Source: an uncultured Eubacteriales bacterium
Lineage (GTDB): Bacteria > Bacillota > Clostridia > Christensenellales > Aristaeellaceae
DNA length: 64,000 nt
Direction: 5' to 3'
Assembly: GCA_902793605.1 (NCBI GenBank)
Contig: CADBEB010000014.1
Span: forward strand, 3,265 to 67,264
The notes below the pieces were generated by a model. It searched no databases. It was not told where the DNA came from and saw only the letters and a list, made by a program, of their open reading frames with translations. Made by a program: the position numbers and the translations under genes. Within the stretch, counting starts at the first letter, position 1. The number at the start of each line of letters is the position of its first letter. Positions 54,086-62,420 of the stretch are shown piece by piece.

Positions 54086-55738
54086 TCAATAATGATAGTT
54101 CGCCTTTTTCTTTCCGAACCGCCCGCTGTAGCAGGGATCGTGCACGGTCTTCCCCCACTTCTGCTCAAACAGCGCTTCGTCTGCCGCGTTCCGTTCCGTC
54201 CCGCTCAGCAGCAGCTGATTCGGCGCCAGCTCCGCCTTCGCGTGCGGCGTGAACACGAACCACCTTTCGTAGTGCCGCTGCCGCAGGCCCAGGTCGACCG
54301 ATGCGAGCCCGCCGCGGAACCCTTCGTCCAGCGGCAGCCAGTTCGCGCGCTTCACCATCAGGCATCCGAGGCTCACCGCGCTCACGTTGTGCACCTTGTT
54401 CATCATGTCGTGCCACCCGCCGGCCCGGTAGTACATGCCCTCGTTGATGCACTGCGCCGTGTGCTCCATCCCGACCGCGAACCCGCCGTGGGTGATGCGG
54501 CCTTTCCGGTCCGTCAGCACGCCCGTTACGCCTGCTACGTCGTCCCGCTGCGCGTACATCAGCATTTCCCGGATGAAATACCGGTTCATGTTCGTCACGC
54601 CCGCGTCCAGGATCAGCAGGTAGTCCGCCTTCGAGGTTGCCGCGGCCTCGTTGATCATCCCGATCCGCTCTTCTTCCCCGCCGGTCACGATGCTTCCGCT
54701 GAGCTTCGGCCAGTCGGTCCGGAACTGCAGTTCACCCAGGCACTCCCGGCATTCTTCCTCGCTCTCCCCGTGGACGATGGCCTCGACCGCCGCGTCCGCC
54801 GGGATCTCGTACCACAGGCGGATCTCCTTGTTCACCGGCACTGCCTCAGCTTTCCGCCCGAGCTTGCCCTCGTGCTCGACCGATGCCCGGCATCCGTTGT
54901 CCAGGCAGGTCCACAGCTCCCGGTGGCTCTTGCTGGAGAAGACTTCCCGCCAGCTGTACAGGATGTAGGGGAGGTGCTCGATCTTCTCCGTCTTCTCCGC
55001 CAGGCGGAGGAAGAGATCGTGATCCTGGCTCCCGTCAAAGCCGCTGCGCAGCCCGGTTTCCTCCAGCAGCTCCCGCCGGATCACCGCCATGTGGCACAGG
55101 TAGTTGTCGCTCACCAGGTTGTCCGGGCAGTAGTCGGGCTTGTAGTGCGGGTCCATGTGGCGCCGTCCGTTCTCTGTGATCCGGTCCTCGTCGGAGTAGA
55201 TCACGTCCGGGTGCTTTTCGGCGATGCATTCCGCCGCCCGCCACAGGGCGTCCGGGGCCAGCAGGTCGTCGTGGTCGCACAGGGCGGCGTATTCGCCCTT
55301 CGCCGCCTTCACGGCCTCGTTCGTGTTTCCGCTGATGCCCTTGTTCTCCGCCCCCCGGATCACCCGGAACACAGGGAAACGGTCCTTTTGTGCTCCCGCC
55401 TCCAGTTCGGCCAGCACCTCGAGCGTTCCCGCCTTTGTGCTCGCCCCGTCGTACAGCACGGCCTCGAAGTTCCGGTAGGTCTGCGCCTCGATGCTGCGGA
55501 GCAGGGCCCGCAGCATGACCGGGTCTGTGTTGTACACCGGGATCACCAGGCTGATCAGCCCGGCCTCGGGCTGATTCTCCCGCTGCCGCTGCAGTTCCGC
55601 CTCCGTGGCCTTCTCCCGCCTCCACCGCCGGTCGTAGGTTCCCAGCAGCTGCTGGGCTGCCTTCTGGCCGAGTCGTTTCAGCGTGTAGGCCGTCCCGTGG
55701 CTTTCCCGGTATTCCCGGATCCGTTCGATCGCTCTCAT
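54086..55738 (-). CDS. glycosyltransferase with two GT2-like domains
   Basis: Start re-set to ATG 55738 (MRAIERIREY...). LVIPVYNTDPVMLRALLRSIEAQTYRNFEAVLYDGAST. The second domain has LLILDAG. Confidence 0.75.
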   Translation of the reverse strand: MRAIERIREYRESHGTAYTLKRLGQKAAQQLLGTYDRRWRREKATEAELQRQRENQPEAGLISLVIPVYNTDPVMLRALLRSIEAQTYRNFEAVLYDGASTKAGTLEVLAELEAGAQKDRFPVFRVIRGAENKGISGNTNEAVKAAKGEYAALCDHDDLLAPDALWRAAECIAEKHPDVIYSDEDRITENGRRHMDPHYKPDYCPDNLVSDNYLCHMAVIRRELLEETGLRSGFDGSQDHDLFLRLAEKTEKIEHLPYILYSWREVFSSKSHRELWTCLDNGCRASVEHEGKLGRKAEAVPVNKEIRLWYEIPADAAVEAIVHGESEEECRECLGELQFRTDWPKLSGSIVTGGEEERIGMINEAAATSKADYLLILDAGVTNMNRYFIREMLMYAQRDDVAGVTGVLTDRKGRITHGGFAVGMEHTAQCINEGMYYRAGGWHDMMNKVHNVSAVSLGCLMVKRANWLPLDEGFRGGLASVDLGLRQRHYERWFVFTPHAKAELAPNQLLLSGTERNAADEALFEQKWGKTVHDPCYSGRFGKKKANYHY

Positions 55739-55872
55739 GTTCTTTCCCCTGTTCCTGATGTTTCCCGAAAAACCCTGATGATCAATCCCCTGCGCATTGA
55801 CAAACCTTTTTACCCGTTGTATACTGGATTCGCAATTTGTCATATTTGGTCAATTTGGCGGGGGGATTTGCC

Positions 55873-56784
55873 ATGACTTCATACCTGATGAAAGAGATCC
55901 CGGAGCACCTCAGCTCCCTGGCCGTGGAGGGCGTCCATAAGCCCGGAAGCCTCACGCAGGCCAGCGGCGCGTGGATCCATGCGGCCGGCTGCTTCGTGCT
56001 GGAGAAGGGGACCCATCCCCTCAACGCGCATGAGCAGTGGGTTTGGCTCGCGGTGGAGCGGGGGGACATTGTCCTCTCCTGGGATAATCATGAGCTGGAG
56101 CTCCCCGCCGGGTCCACCTGCTTCCTCCCGGGGGGCGACAAGCGCTGCGACATCACCACGGATAAGGAGGCCCGCTGCCTCTGGATCGCCCTGGAAGGCC
56201 CCCTCAGCCCCATGGTCGTGCGGAAGATGGGTGCCCTCCTGCATATGCCCCTGAAGCAGGGCGCCCTGCCGAGCCAGATCTACCTGGCCGAGCAGATCGT
56301 GCAGGTCATCGTCCGGCACTCCGGTACCGCAGATGCGACCTATCAGCTGCAGCACCTGCTCTACGGGATGATCGCCTCCCACTGGGGCCAGCCCGTCGCC
56401 ATGGACGCCATGCTCTCCCATGAGATCGCCAAGGTCGTGGATACGCTCCGCGCCAATCAGTATAAGGAAAACTACTCCCTCGCGGATATGGCCGCCATCT
56501 CCCGCATGCCGATGGAGACCTTCCGGAAGCGCTTTGTGGCGGAGGTCGGCATGCCGCCCCTGTCCTATGTGCTCCACTGCAAGATGGAGCGGGCCAAGGA
56601 GCTCCTGCGGGACCAGAACTGCTCCGTCCGCCAGGCCGGCGTCGAGGTCGGCATGCAGGATCCCTATCATTTCTCCAAGCAGTTCAAGCACATCGTGGGC
56701 ATCAGCCCCAGCGCCTTCATGAAGCAGGCGTCGGTGCCGTCGGCCACCATCCGCGGCGTCCGGCCCAAGGAGAAGAAGAAATAG
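55873..56784 (+). CDS. AraC-family transcriptional regulator (cupin-like N-terminus)
   Basis: C-terminal dual HTH NYSLADMAAISRMPMETFRKRF...VGMQDPYHFSKQFKHIVGISPSAF. Start 55873 is preferred over 55837, but the evidence is weak. Confidence 0.75.
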   Translation: MTSYLMKEIPEHLSSLAVEGVHKPGSLTQASGAWIHAAGCFVLEKGTHPLNAHEQWVWLAVERGDIVLSWDNHELELPAGSTCFLPGGDKRCDITTDKEARCLWIALEGPLSPMVVRKMGALLHMPLKQGALPSQIYLAEQIVQVIVRHSGTADATYQLQHLLYGMIASHWGQPVAMDAMLSHEIAKVVDTLRANQYKENYSLADMAAISRMPMETFRKRFVAEVGMPPLSYVLHCKMERAKELLRDQNCSVRQAGVEVGMQDPYHFSKQFKHIVGISPSAFMKQASVPSATIRGVRPKEKKK

Positions 56785-56797
56785 ATTGCAACCCGTT

Positions 56798-56978
56798 CCG
56801 AAGGAGATTCCTCACATTCGTCCGGGATGACACAATGGAGTGTCATTTCGACCGGAGCCGAAGGCGGAGCGGAGAAATCTCCCTCACATTCGTCCGGAAT
56901 GATACAGCAGAGTGTCATTTCGACCGGAGCCGAAGGCGGAGCGGAGAAATCTCCCTCACATTCGTTCGGAATGACACC
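56798..56978. repeat. about 2.7 tandem copies of a 60/72-bp hairpin-containing unit
   Basis: Unit CCGAAGGCGGAGCGGAGAAATCTCCCTCACATTCGTCCGGAATGATACAGCAGAGTGTCATTTCGACCGGAG spans 56858-56929. It repeats from 56930 and, in a shorter variant, at 56798-56857. Confidence 0.85.
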
Positions 56979-58166
56979 TCAGGTTAACGGCTGCTCCGGC
57001 AGCCGTTTTTTTCTGCACTTATCCAGCAGCTTCCCCGCCGGTTTTTCCACCGCGTATGTAACGAGGATCGCGAGCAGGACGCTGATCCCGAATGCCAGCG
57101 CGGTGTATCCCATCTGCCATTGCAGCTCCCCGCTCATGTGCGGTTCCGCGCTCTCTGATGCGGGGATCTTCAGCCGCTTCAGGTGCACCGTCACCGTCTG
57201 GTGGATCAGGTAGTAGTTCATGCTGATCCCGCCGAGGAACTTTGTCACCGGGTTCCCCAGCAGCTTCCTCAGCGGCGCCAGCGAGAACGGCGCGCTCAGC
57301 GCGAGCAGGGTAAAGCACACGCCGTAGACCGGCCGGTACATCATCTGCCGCTTCTGGATGTCGGGATAGCTCCCGGCGCCCGCCTGCACCCGCAGCAGGC
57401 TCAGCAGCCCCCAGAACACCCCGATAAAGACCAACGTCGCGATGGCCTGCCATTTCCGGCTGATCTTTCCCCCCTGTCCGCTCCGCAGTTTCTCCAGCCG
57501 CACATATGCGATCGCTCCCGCGATCCCCAGGATGTAGACGTCCAGGAAGTTGATCAGCTGGTTCACGACCATCGTGTAGTCATACAGCGCCCATATGCAC
57601 CACGCCCGGAACCCGAGGCATACCGCGGCCATCAGGCCGAAGGTTGCTGCGGGCTTTTTCATCACGCCCCGGGCGATCAGCGGGAACAGCAGGTAGCCCT
57701 GCACCAGGATCGCCAGCGTCCATCCGGCTGCGCCAAGCGGCGTCGCGACATACGTGTCGTAGAAGAAGGTGAACGTGAAGGTCAGGTGTGTCGCCAGGTC
57801 TTTCACCAGGAACTGCGGGCTTTCGTACAGCCCCCACGGCAGCGCGATCGCGAAGAACACCGCCAGCGTGATGAAGTAGTATCCCGGCACGATCCGCCGG
57901 AACCGGCGGTAGTAGAAATCCATCGTGTCGGGCGCCGGGGTCCCGTCCGCCATCGCCCGCGCCCAGGGCAGGAACAGCAGGAAGCAGCTCAGCAGCACCG
58001 TGCCGTCCACCCATACATAGCCGCTCCTCACCAGGTAGTCCAGGCTGTAGCTCCCGATGTATGGCCTCAGCCAGCTCTGCTGCCAGATGTGGTACCAGCT
58101 CACGATGAAGATCATCAGCACCCGCAGGCCGTCCAGCTCCGGGATGCGCATTCTTGCTTTGTTCAT
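56979..58166 (-). CDS. acyltransferase family 3 (integral-membrane O-acyltransferase)
   Basis: MNKARMRIPELDGLRVLMIFIVSWYHIWQ and about 10 TM segments. ATGA overlap with the upstream gene. Confidence 0.85.
   Translation of the reverse strand: MNKARMRIPELDGLRVLMIFIVSWYHIWQQSWLRPYIGSYSLDYLVRSGYVWVDGTVLLSCFLLFLPWARAMADGTPAPDTMDFYYRRFRRIVPGYYFITLAVFFAIALPWGLYESPQFLVKDLATHLTFTFTFFYDTYVATPLGAAGWTLAILVQGYLLFPLIARGVMKKPAATFGLMAAVCLGFRAWCIWALYDYTMVVNQLINFLDVYILGIAGAIAYVRLEKLRSGQGGKISRKWQAIATLVFIGVFWGLLSLLRVQAGAGSYPDIQKRQMMYRPVYGVCFTLLALSAPFSLAPLRKLLGNPVTKFLGGISMNYYLIHQTVTVHLKRLKIPASESAEPHMSGELQWQMGYTALAFGISVLLAILVTYAVEKPAGKLLDKCRKKRLPEQPLT
56986..57013 (+). terminator. terminator for AraC-family gene, overlapping the 3' end of the convergent gene
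   Basis: AACGGCTGC, loop TCCG, GCAGCCGTT, then TTTTTT. Confidence 0.6.
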
Positions 58167-60064
58167 GGCTGCTCATCCTCGGTGACCAGGAACGGCGGCG
58201 CGGTCGGCGTTCCCGGGTCCTCTTCGCTTTCCGGGGCGGGGGTGGCCGTCGGTTCCGGCGCGGCGGGGTAGGCCTCGATGCCGGCGCCCTCGCACGCGGC
58301 GAGGTACAGGTTCTCGATGTCCTTGTATTTCTTCCGCAGGGCCTGCCGGTCCAGGGGGGCCAGCAGGGAAACCGCGGTCTCCCACTCTTCCTGTTTCACG
58401 GCGGTCTTCGCCTTCTGGTAGCTGGCTTCCGCCCGCAGGCTCCCGGCGTCTTCTTCACTGTCCGGGATGCCCTCCAGCAGCTCCAGCGCCAGCGTGTATT
58501 CCATGCTGTTCACAGCGTCCCGCGCCAGCGAGAGACGGCAGGCCTTGTCTTTTTCAGCGCATTCGGGGTTGTCCGGCAGTGAAGCATACAGTGCGTGCGC
58601 GCCCCGCAGGTCGCCCGCCTCGAACAGCGCGTCCGCCTGCTTCAGGGTGATGTTCGCCGTCCGTTCCGCAGCGTCGCCCCAGCTGCCGGCCATCAGATAT
58701 TCGGCGGCCGCGCCTTCCAGGTTCCCGGCCTCCTCCAGCGCGGCAGCCTTCCGGTAGTGGCACTGCAGGGTCAGGCTCCGGCTGTCCCGGTAGTCCGGGA
58801 TCCGGCTCAGCAGCGCGATCGCTCCGTCCCAGTCTTCGTCTGCCATGCATTTTTCAGCCGGCCGGTACAGACATTCGGCAGCCAGGTCCGCCGTTCCGGG
58901 CAGGTCGGACAGTTCGAGGAAGATCGCGCGGGCGGCGTCGTATTCGCCGGCCCCGAGCTTTTCCTTCGCTTCCGCCATGCGGATCTCGCGCATCAGGCTG
59001 TCCCGGTCCCCGGTGCCTTCCGGCACGAGGGCGAGGGCATCCTCGGCAGCAGTCCGTTCGCCCCGGGCGAGCAGCAGCCGTGCCCGGGCCAGATCCGTCT
59101 CGTCCGCCTTCCAGACGGCTTCCGCGTTGTCCTCGATCGCCCGCAGCATCCCGGAGGCTTCGGCCATTTCTTCCGGGGTCGCGGCGGCGTCCGCCTTCGA
59201 CCGGGCGATCGCCCAGTCGCATTCGGGGATCAGTTGATCCGCGCCGCCGAAGGTGCCCAGGCGTTCGAACACCTGCTTCGCGCCTTCGGGGTCTCCGCTG
59301 TCCAGGGCCCGGCGCCCCGCGAGCAGCTGCAGCCCCGGCACGCCGGCAAAACGGATCCCCGCGCACAGGCCGATGGCCAGCGCGAGGCAGACGGCGATCC
59401 GGATCCGGCGCTTCCGCCTCGTCTGTTTCGCCCGGTATTCCTCTTCCCGGATCCGCTGCAGGCGGATCGTGTCTTCCCGCATGCTCCGGGTGTTCAGGTC
59501 CAGCTGCTTTTCCCGCATGCTTACGGCTGCTTCCACCGCCTCCGGGTTGCAGCGGGCGAACACCGTGTCCCGGTTTCGTCCGCAGCGGACGCAGGTCGTC
59601 TCCTCCTCCGGGTTCGGCCGTCCGCATACGCAGATCCACAGGCCGTTCTCCAACGCCGGGAAGCCGACGGCGGTGTCCCCGGCGACGTACTGCAGGTTCG
59701 TCAGCGCCCGGCTCACGGGCAGGGCGTTCGGGGTGTATTCGATGGCGTTCGCTGGGTTCCGGCGCCATACGTCCTTGTCCTGGAACCAGACTTTTTCAAC
59801 GCTCACTTCCGCCGCGCACACGCCGGCTGCCGCGCACGGCACCGTCATCATGAAGGTGGAGTGGGGCCGGCCGTTCAGGGCGCGTCCGCGGTAGGAGAGC
59901 TTCTCCGTTTCCATGCCGCGTTTGTCGATCAGGCGCAGCATCACCTCGGCCGAGGTGATCACCCGGTCGCTCAGGTTGAACAGCGTCAGCGCCGCGGCCG
60001 GGATCTCCTCCGTCGGCAGGATCGTGCGGAAGACTTCCGCCGGGCAGGTTAAGTCAATGTACAT
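58163..60064 (-). CDS. zinc-ribbon / single-TM / TPR-like repeat protein, function unknown
   Basis: CVCGRPNPEEETTCVRCGR zinc ribbon, basic stretch KQTRRKRRIRIAV followed by a TM helix. Long Ala/Leu-rich helical repeat region and a Pro-rich tail. Confidence 0.65.
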   Translation of the reverse strand: MYIDLTCPAEVFRTILPTEEIPAAALTLFNLSDRVITSAEVMLRLIDKRGMETEKLSYRGRALNGRPHSTFMMTVPCAAAGVCAAEVSVEKVWFQDKDVWRRNPANAIEYTPNALPVSRALTNLQYVAGDTAVGFPALENGLWICVCGRPNPEEETTCVRCGRNRDTVFARCNPEAVEAAVSMREKQLDLNTRSMREDTIRLQRIREEEYRAKQTRRKRRIRIAVCLALAIGLCAGIRFAGVPGLQLLAGRRALDSGDPEGAKQVFERLGTFGGADQLIPECDWAIARSKADAAATPEEMAEASGMLRAIEDNAEAVWKADETDLARARLLLARGERTAAEDALALVPEGTGDRDSLMREIRMAEAKEKLGAGEYDAARAIFLELSDLPGTADLAAECLYRPAEKCMADEDWDGAIALLSRIPDYRDSRSLTLQCHYRKAAALEEAGNLEGAAAEYLMAGSWGDAAERTANITLKQADALFEAGDLRGAHALYASLPDNPECAEKDKACRLSLARDAVNSMEYTLALELLEGIPDSEEDAGSLRAEASYQKAKTAVKQEEWETAVSLLAPLDRQALRKKYKDIENLYLAACEGAGIEAYPAAPEPTATPAPESEEDPGTPTAPPFLVTEDEQP

Positions 60065-60091
60065 TGGTTCGTCCTTTGTGTTTGTTTAAAC

Positions 60092-61261
60092 TCACACCGT
60101 GTGCAGGATGATCTCCTTCAGCAGGTTCTGTTCGTATTTCAGCAGCAGTTCGACCCTCGTCCCGTCTGCTTCCGTCACGTAGCGCAGGGTGGCTTCCCCC
60201 GCGTCGTAGTCGAAGGTGGCCAGACCGTATTCGCCGCTGCCTTCCGCGCCGTAGAGGAGCTCCGTCATCTCCTCGGTCATCTCGTTTCCTTCGCTGCGGA
60301 ACCGGCAGTAGTCGTCGCTCATCAGGTCGCCGAGGCGCACGCACCGGGGGCCTTCCGTGTCCGGATCCAGGATCGTGTAGCTCAGGATCTTCGCGTTCCC
60401 GCCTTCCGCGTCGCCCGTGAACACGGCTTCAAACCCGTCTCCGTCATACCGCAGCAGCCAGGTTCCGTCCCCGTTGTCGATCTTTTCCAGCTCCGCGCTT
60501 CCCGGCAGGGTGTCCGGTGTCAGCGCCGTATAGGTGATCCCGCCGAAGGTCAGGTCGTCCGCGCTGAAGGGGGTCAGGTCCGTTCCGACGCGGCTGGTCC
60601 TGACCATGCGGTAGGCGGTCTCTTCGCGCAGGGCCTTCAGGGCGCTGATCGCCTCTTCCGCCTGGGCCGCTTCGACCGTCGCGGCAGGGTTCAGTCCGTC
60701 GATCCGGATCGCGGTCACCAGCCCGTTCATCAGCCCGTAGGTGATGGATACGTTCCGGTATCCGCCGGCTTCTTTCTTTAATTCGCCGTATTCGACCGCG
60801 GTCAGCCGTTGTCCGTCCCGCAGGGCTGTGCCGTAGAGCCAGCCGTCGGTTCCTTCCGTCAGGTACAGCAGCGCCTGCTCCTTCGTGCCCTTCAGGTCGG
60901 GGTTGTCCAGCGGATAGGCGGAAAGCAGGTCGATCCAATGGGTGTCGATCCCCGTCCCGCGGAACACTTCGCCCTCGCTGTCCTGGAAAAGGAGCACGTT
61001 CACCGGCGTCTCCGCCGTCAGCGCGTCGCCCTCGGCGTAGAAATCGGCCATCGTGTACTGGAAGCGGATCCCGTCCTCGCTCCGGGCGGCTTCGTCCGCC
61101 GGGTCGTTCAGGACCTCGGAGGCGAGGGCCTGTTCCCGAACGGAGGCGAGCAGCGCCTCCAGTTCCGCGGAGGTCACGGCTTCCGGTCCGCCCTCTGCGG
61201 ACGCGGCGCAGCCAAGCAGCACACAGATTGCCGTCATCAGCCCCAGTATCTTCCTGATCAT
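60092..61261 (-). CDS. lipoprotein, function unknown
   Basis: Start re-set to ATG 61261 (AAGGAGG upstream). MIRKILGLMTAICVLLGCAAS carries an LLGC lipobox. Confidence 0.7.
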   Translation of the reverse strand: MIRKILGLMTAICVLLGCAASAEGGPEAVTSAELEALLASVREQALASEVLNDPADEAARSEDGIRFQYTMADFYAEGDALTAETPVNVLLFQDSEGEVFRGTGIDTHWIDLLSAYPLDNPDLKGTKEQALLYLTEGTDGWLYGTALRDGQRLTAVEYGELKKEAGGYRNVSITYGLMNGLVTAIRIDGLNPAATVEAAQAEEAISALKALREETAYRMVRTSRVGTDLTPFSADDLTFGGITYTALTPDTLPGSAELEKIDNGDGTWLLRYDGDGFEAVFTGDAEGGNAKILSYTILDPDTEGPRCVRLGDLMSDDYCRFRSEGNEMTEEMTELLYGAEGSGEYGLATFDYDAGEATLRYVTEADGTRVELLLKYEQNLLKEIILHTV

Positions 61262-61463
61262 ATTGCAGTCCTCCTTGATCCCACCCCGGGTTTTTGCTTT
61301 CTCCAAATGGGTATATTCAAAGCATTATACCACAATCCCCATCATCATGACAAGGCAACCCCTTGCAGCACAACATCTGGGGGTTTCCACCGCCCGCATT
61401 CTCTGCTACAATATTCACACAGATAAAACGCAGAACATCCCCGGCATCATCCTGACTCCCGCT

Positions 61464-61509
61464 GTCATCCCGGCAGGAGCCGCAAAGCGGCCGCGTGGAG
61501 AGATCTCCC
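61464..61509. repeat. third-locus copy of the GTCAT...GGAGA..TCTCC repeat family
   Basis: GTCATCCCGGCAGGAGCCGCAAAGCGGCCGCGTGGAGAGATCTCCC, compared with GTCATTTCGACCGGAGCCGAAGGCGGAGCGGAGAAATCTCCC at 56.8 kb. Confidence 0.5.
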
Positions 61510-61567
61510 CCGCAGCAGATCAAGACAACTCCATCATTATGAATCTGAACAAAAAGGAGCCCTGAAG

Positions 61568-62374
61568 ATGCTTAAACGTTTCCTTCCCCTCCTTCTCATC
61601 CTCACCCTCTCGGTGTTCCCCGCCCTCGCCTGTGTCCATACCGATTCCGGCGAAGTCGTGGACGAGGACCTCCTGGAGGCCAATCTCATCCCTGCCCAGC
61701 CGGGCGTTGCCGGTTCCGTGGATCTCATTTGCCCGTACTGCAGCGAGGTGATCGAGCATATCCTCTTCGACCCCCTGCCCGCCGAGGCGGAACACCCGGC
61801 TTCTTCGGATGAGGAAATCACGTCGGCTTCCGTGCCTGCCGAGCAGCAGGAGACTGTCCAGGAGCAGACGCCGCAGCAGGAATCGTCCGCTCAGCCCGAA
61901 GAGCCGTCCCAGCCTGTTCAACCGGCAAAACCCGCTCAACCCGCTCAGCCGGAGGCGCCGGCACAGCCGGTCACGCCTGCTGAACCGGCACAGCCGGAAG
62001 CGCCCGCTTCGCGGTCGGGCGGCGCTGCATCCGTTCCCGCGGCGGACACCGGCAGCAGTTCCCCGGCTGCCGCTCCTGCGGCCGAGCCGCCGAAGGCGCA
62101 GGAGGTCACTGTGAACGTTCCGCCCGAGACGGCCAGCGCCGCCGGGGGCGGAGGAAAAGCCACCGGATCGTCCGGGGGCGGCGCTGCCCGGCAGGGAGGC
62201 CGGGCGAAGATCAGCGGAGGCGGGGAGGAGGCGGCCGTACCGGCCGAAAAACCCCAGACCTTTCCCTTCCGCCGGATGAAAATGAAACCGAAGCCCGGCA
62301 TCCGCGCGGAGGCCGCCGGCGAACTCCTCTGGCCGGTGTACGGCACCCCCTTCCAGAACATCTACAACGACTGA
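61568..62374 (+). CDS. secreted low-complexity Pro/Ala/Gln-rich protein
   Basis: AAAAAGGAG RBS, signal peptide MLKRFLPLLLILTLSVFPALA, CxxC pair (ICPYCSEV), PAQPEAPAQP-type repeats. Confidence 0.6.
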   Translation: MLKRFLPLLLILTLSVFPALACVHTDSGEVVDEDLLEANLIPAQPGVAGSVDLICPYCSEVIEHILFDPLPAEAEHPASSDEEITSASVPAEQQETVQEQTPQQESSAQPEEPSQPVQPAKPAQPAQPEAPAQPVTPAEPAQPEAPASRSGGAASVPAADTGSSSPAAAPAAEPPKAQEVTVNVPPETASAAGGGGKATGSSGGGAARQGGRAKISGGGEEAAVPAEKPQTFPFRRMKMKPKPGIRAEAAGELLWPVYGTPFQNIYND

Positions 62375-62379
62375 ACGAA

Positions 62380-62410
62380 AACAGGCGGAGAGCATCGCTC
62401 TCCGCCTGTT
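62380..62410. terminator. bidirectional terminator
   Basis: Perfect 14-bp stem AACAGGCGGAGAGC, loop ATC, GCTCTCCGCCTGTT, between convergent genes. Confidence 0.75.
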
Positions 62411-62420
62411 CTGATTCTCT

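Noticed and set aside
49436-55876. ORFs 49436..51520(+), 51589..54045(+) and 54056..55876(+)
   Set aside because: Antisense shadows of the SH3/PG-binding gene, leuS and the GT2 gene.
56798-56978. Possible CRISPR array
   Set aside because: The units are contiguous with no unique spacers, only about 2.7 copies exist, and no cas genes are present.
56827-57213. 128-aa ORF with repeated VISTGAEGGAEKSPSHS peptide, and the similar ORFs 56667..56918(-) and 43673..43924(-)
   Set aside because: These are read straight through the DNA repeat elements and terminators. The periodicity is that of the DNA repeat, and there is no RBS.
57183-60052. ORFs 57183..58271(+), 58595..60052(+), 58854..59768(-) and 59080..59853(+)
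   Set aside because: Shadow frames of the acyltransferase and zinc-ribbon/TPR genes. Arg/Pro/Gly-rich.
61520-62395. 291-aa - strand ORF opposite the Pro/Ala-rich gene
   Set aside because: Arg/Gly/Leu-rich with no RBS. The + strand frame has an RBS and a signal peptide. Low-complexity regions do make this the least certain strand call.
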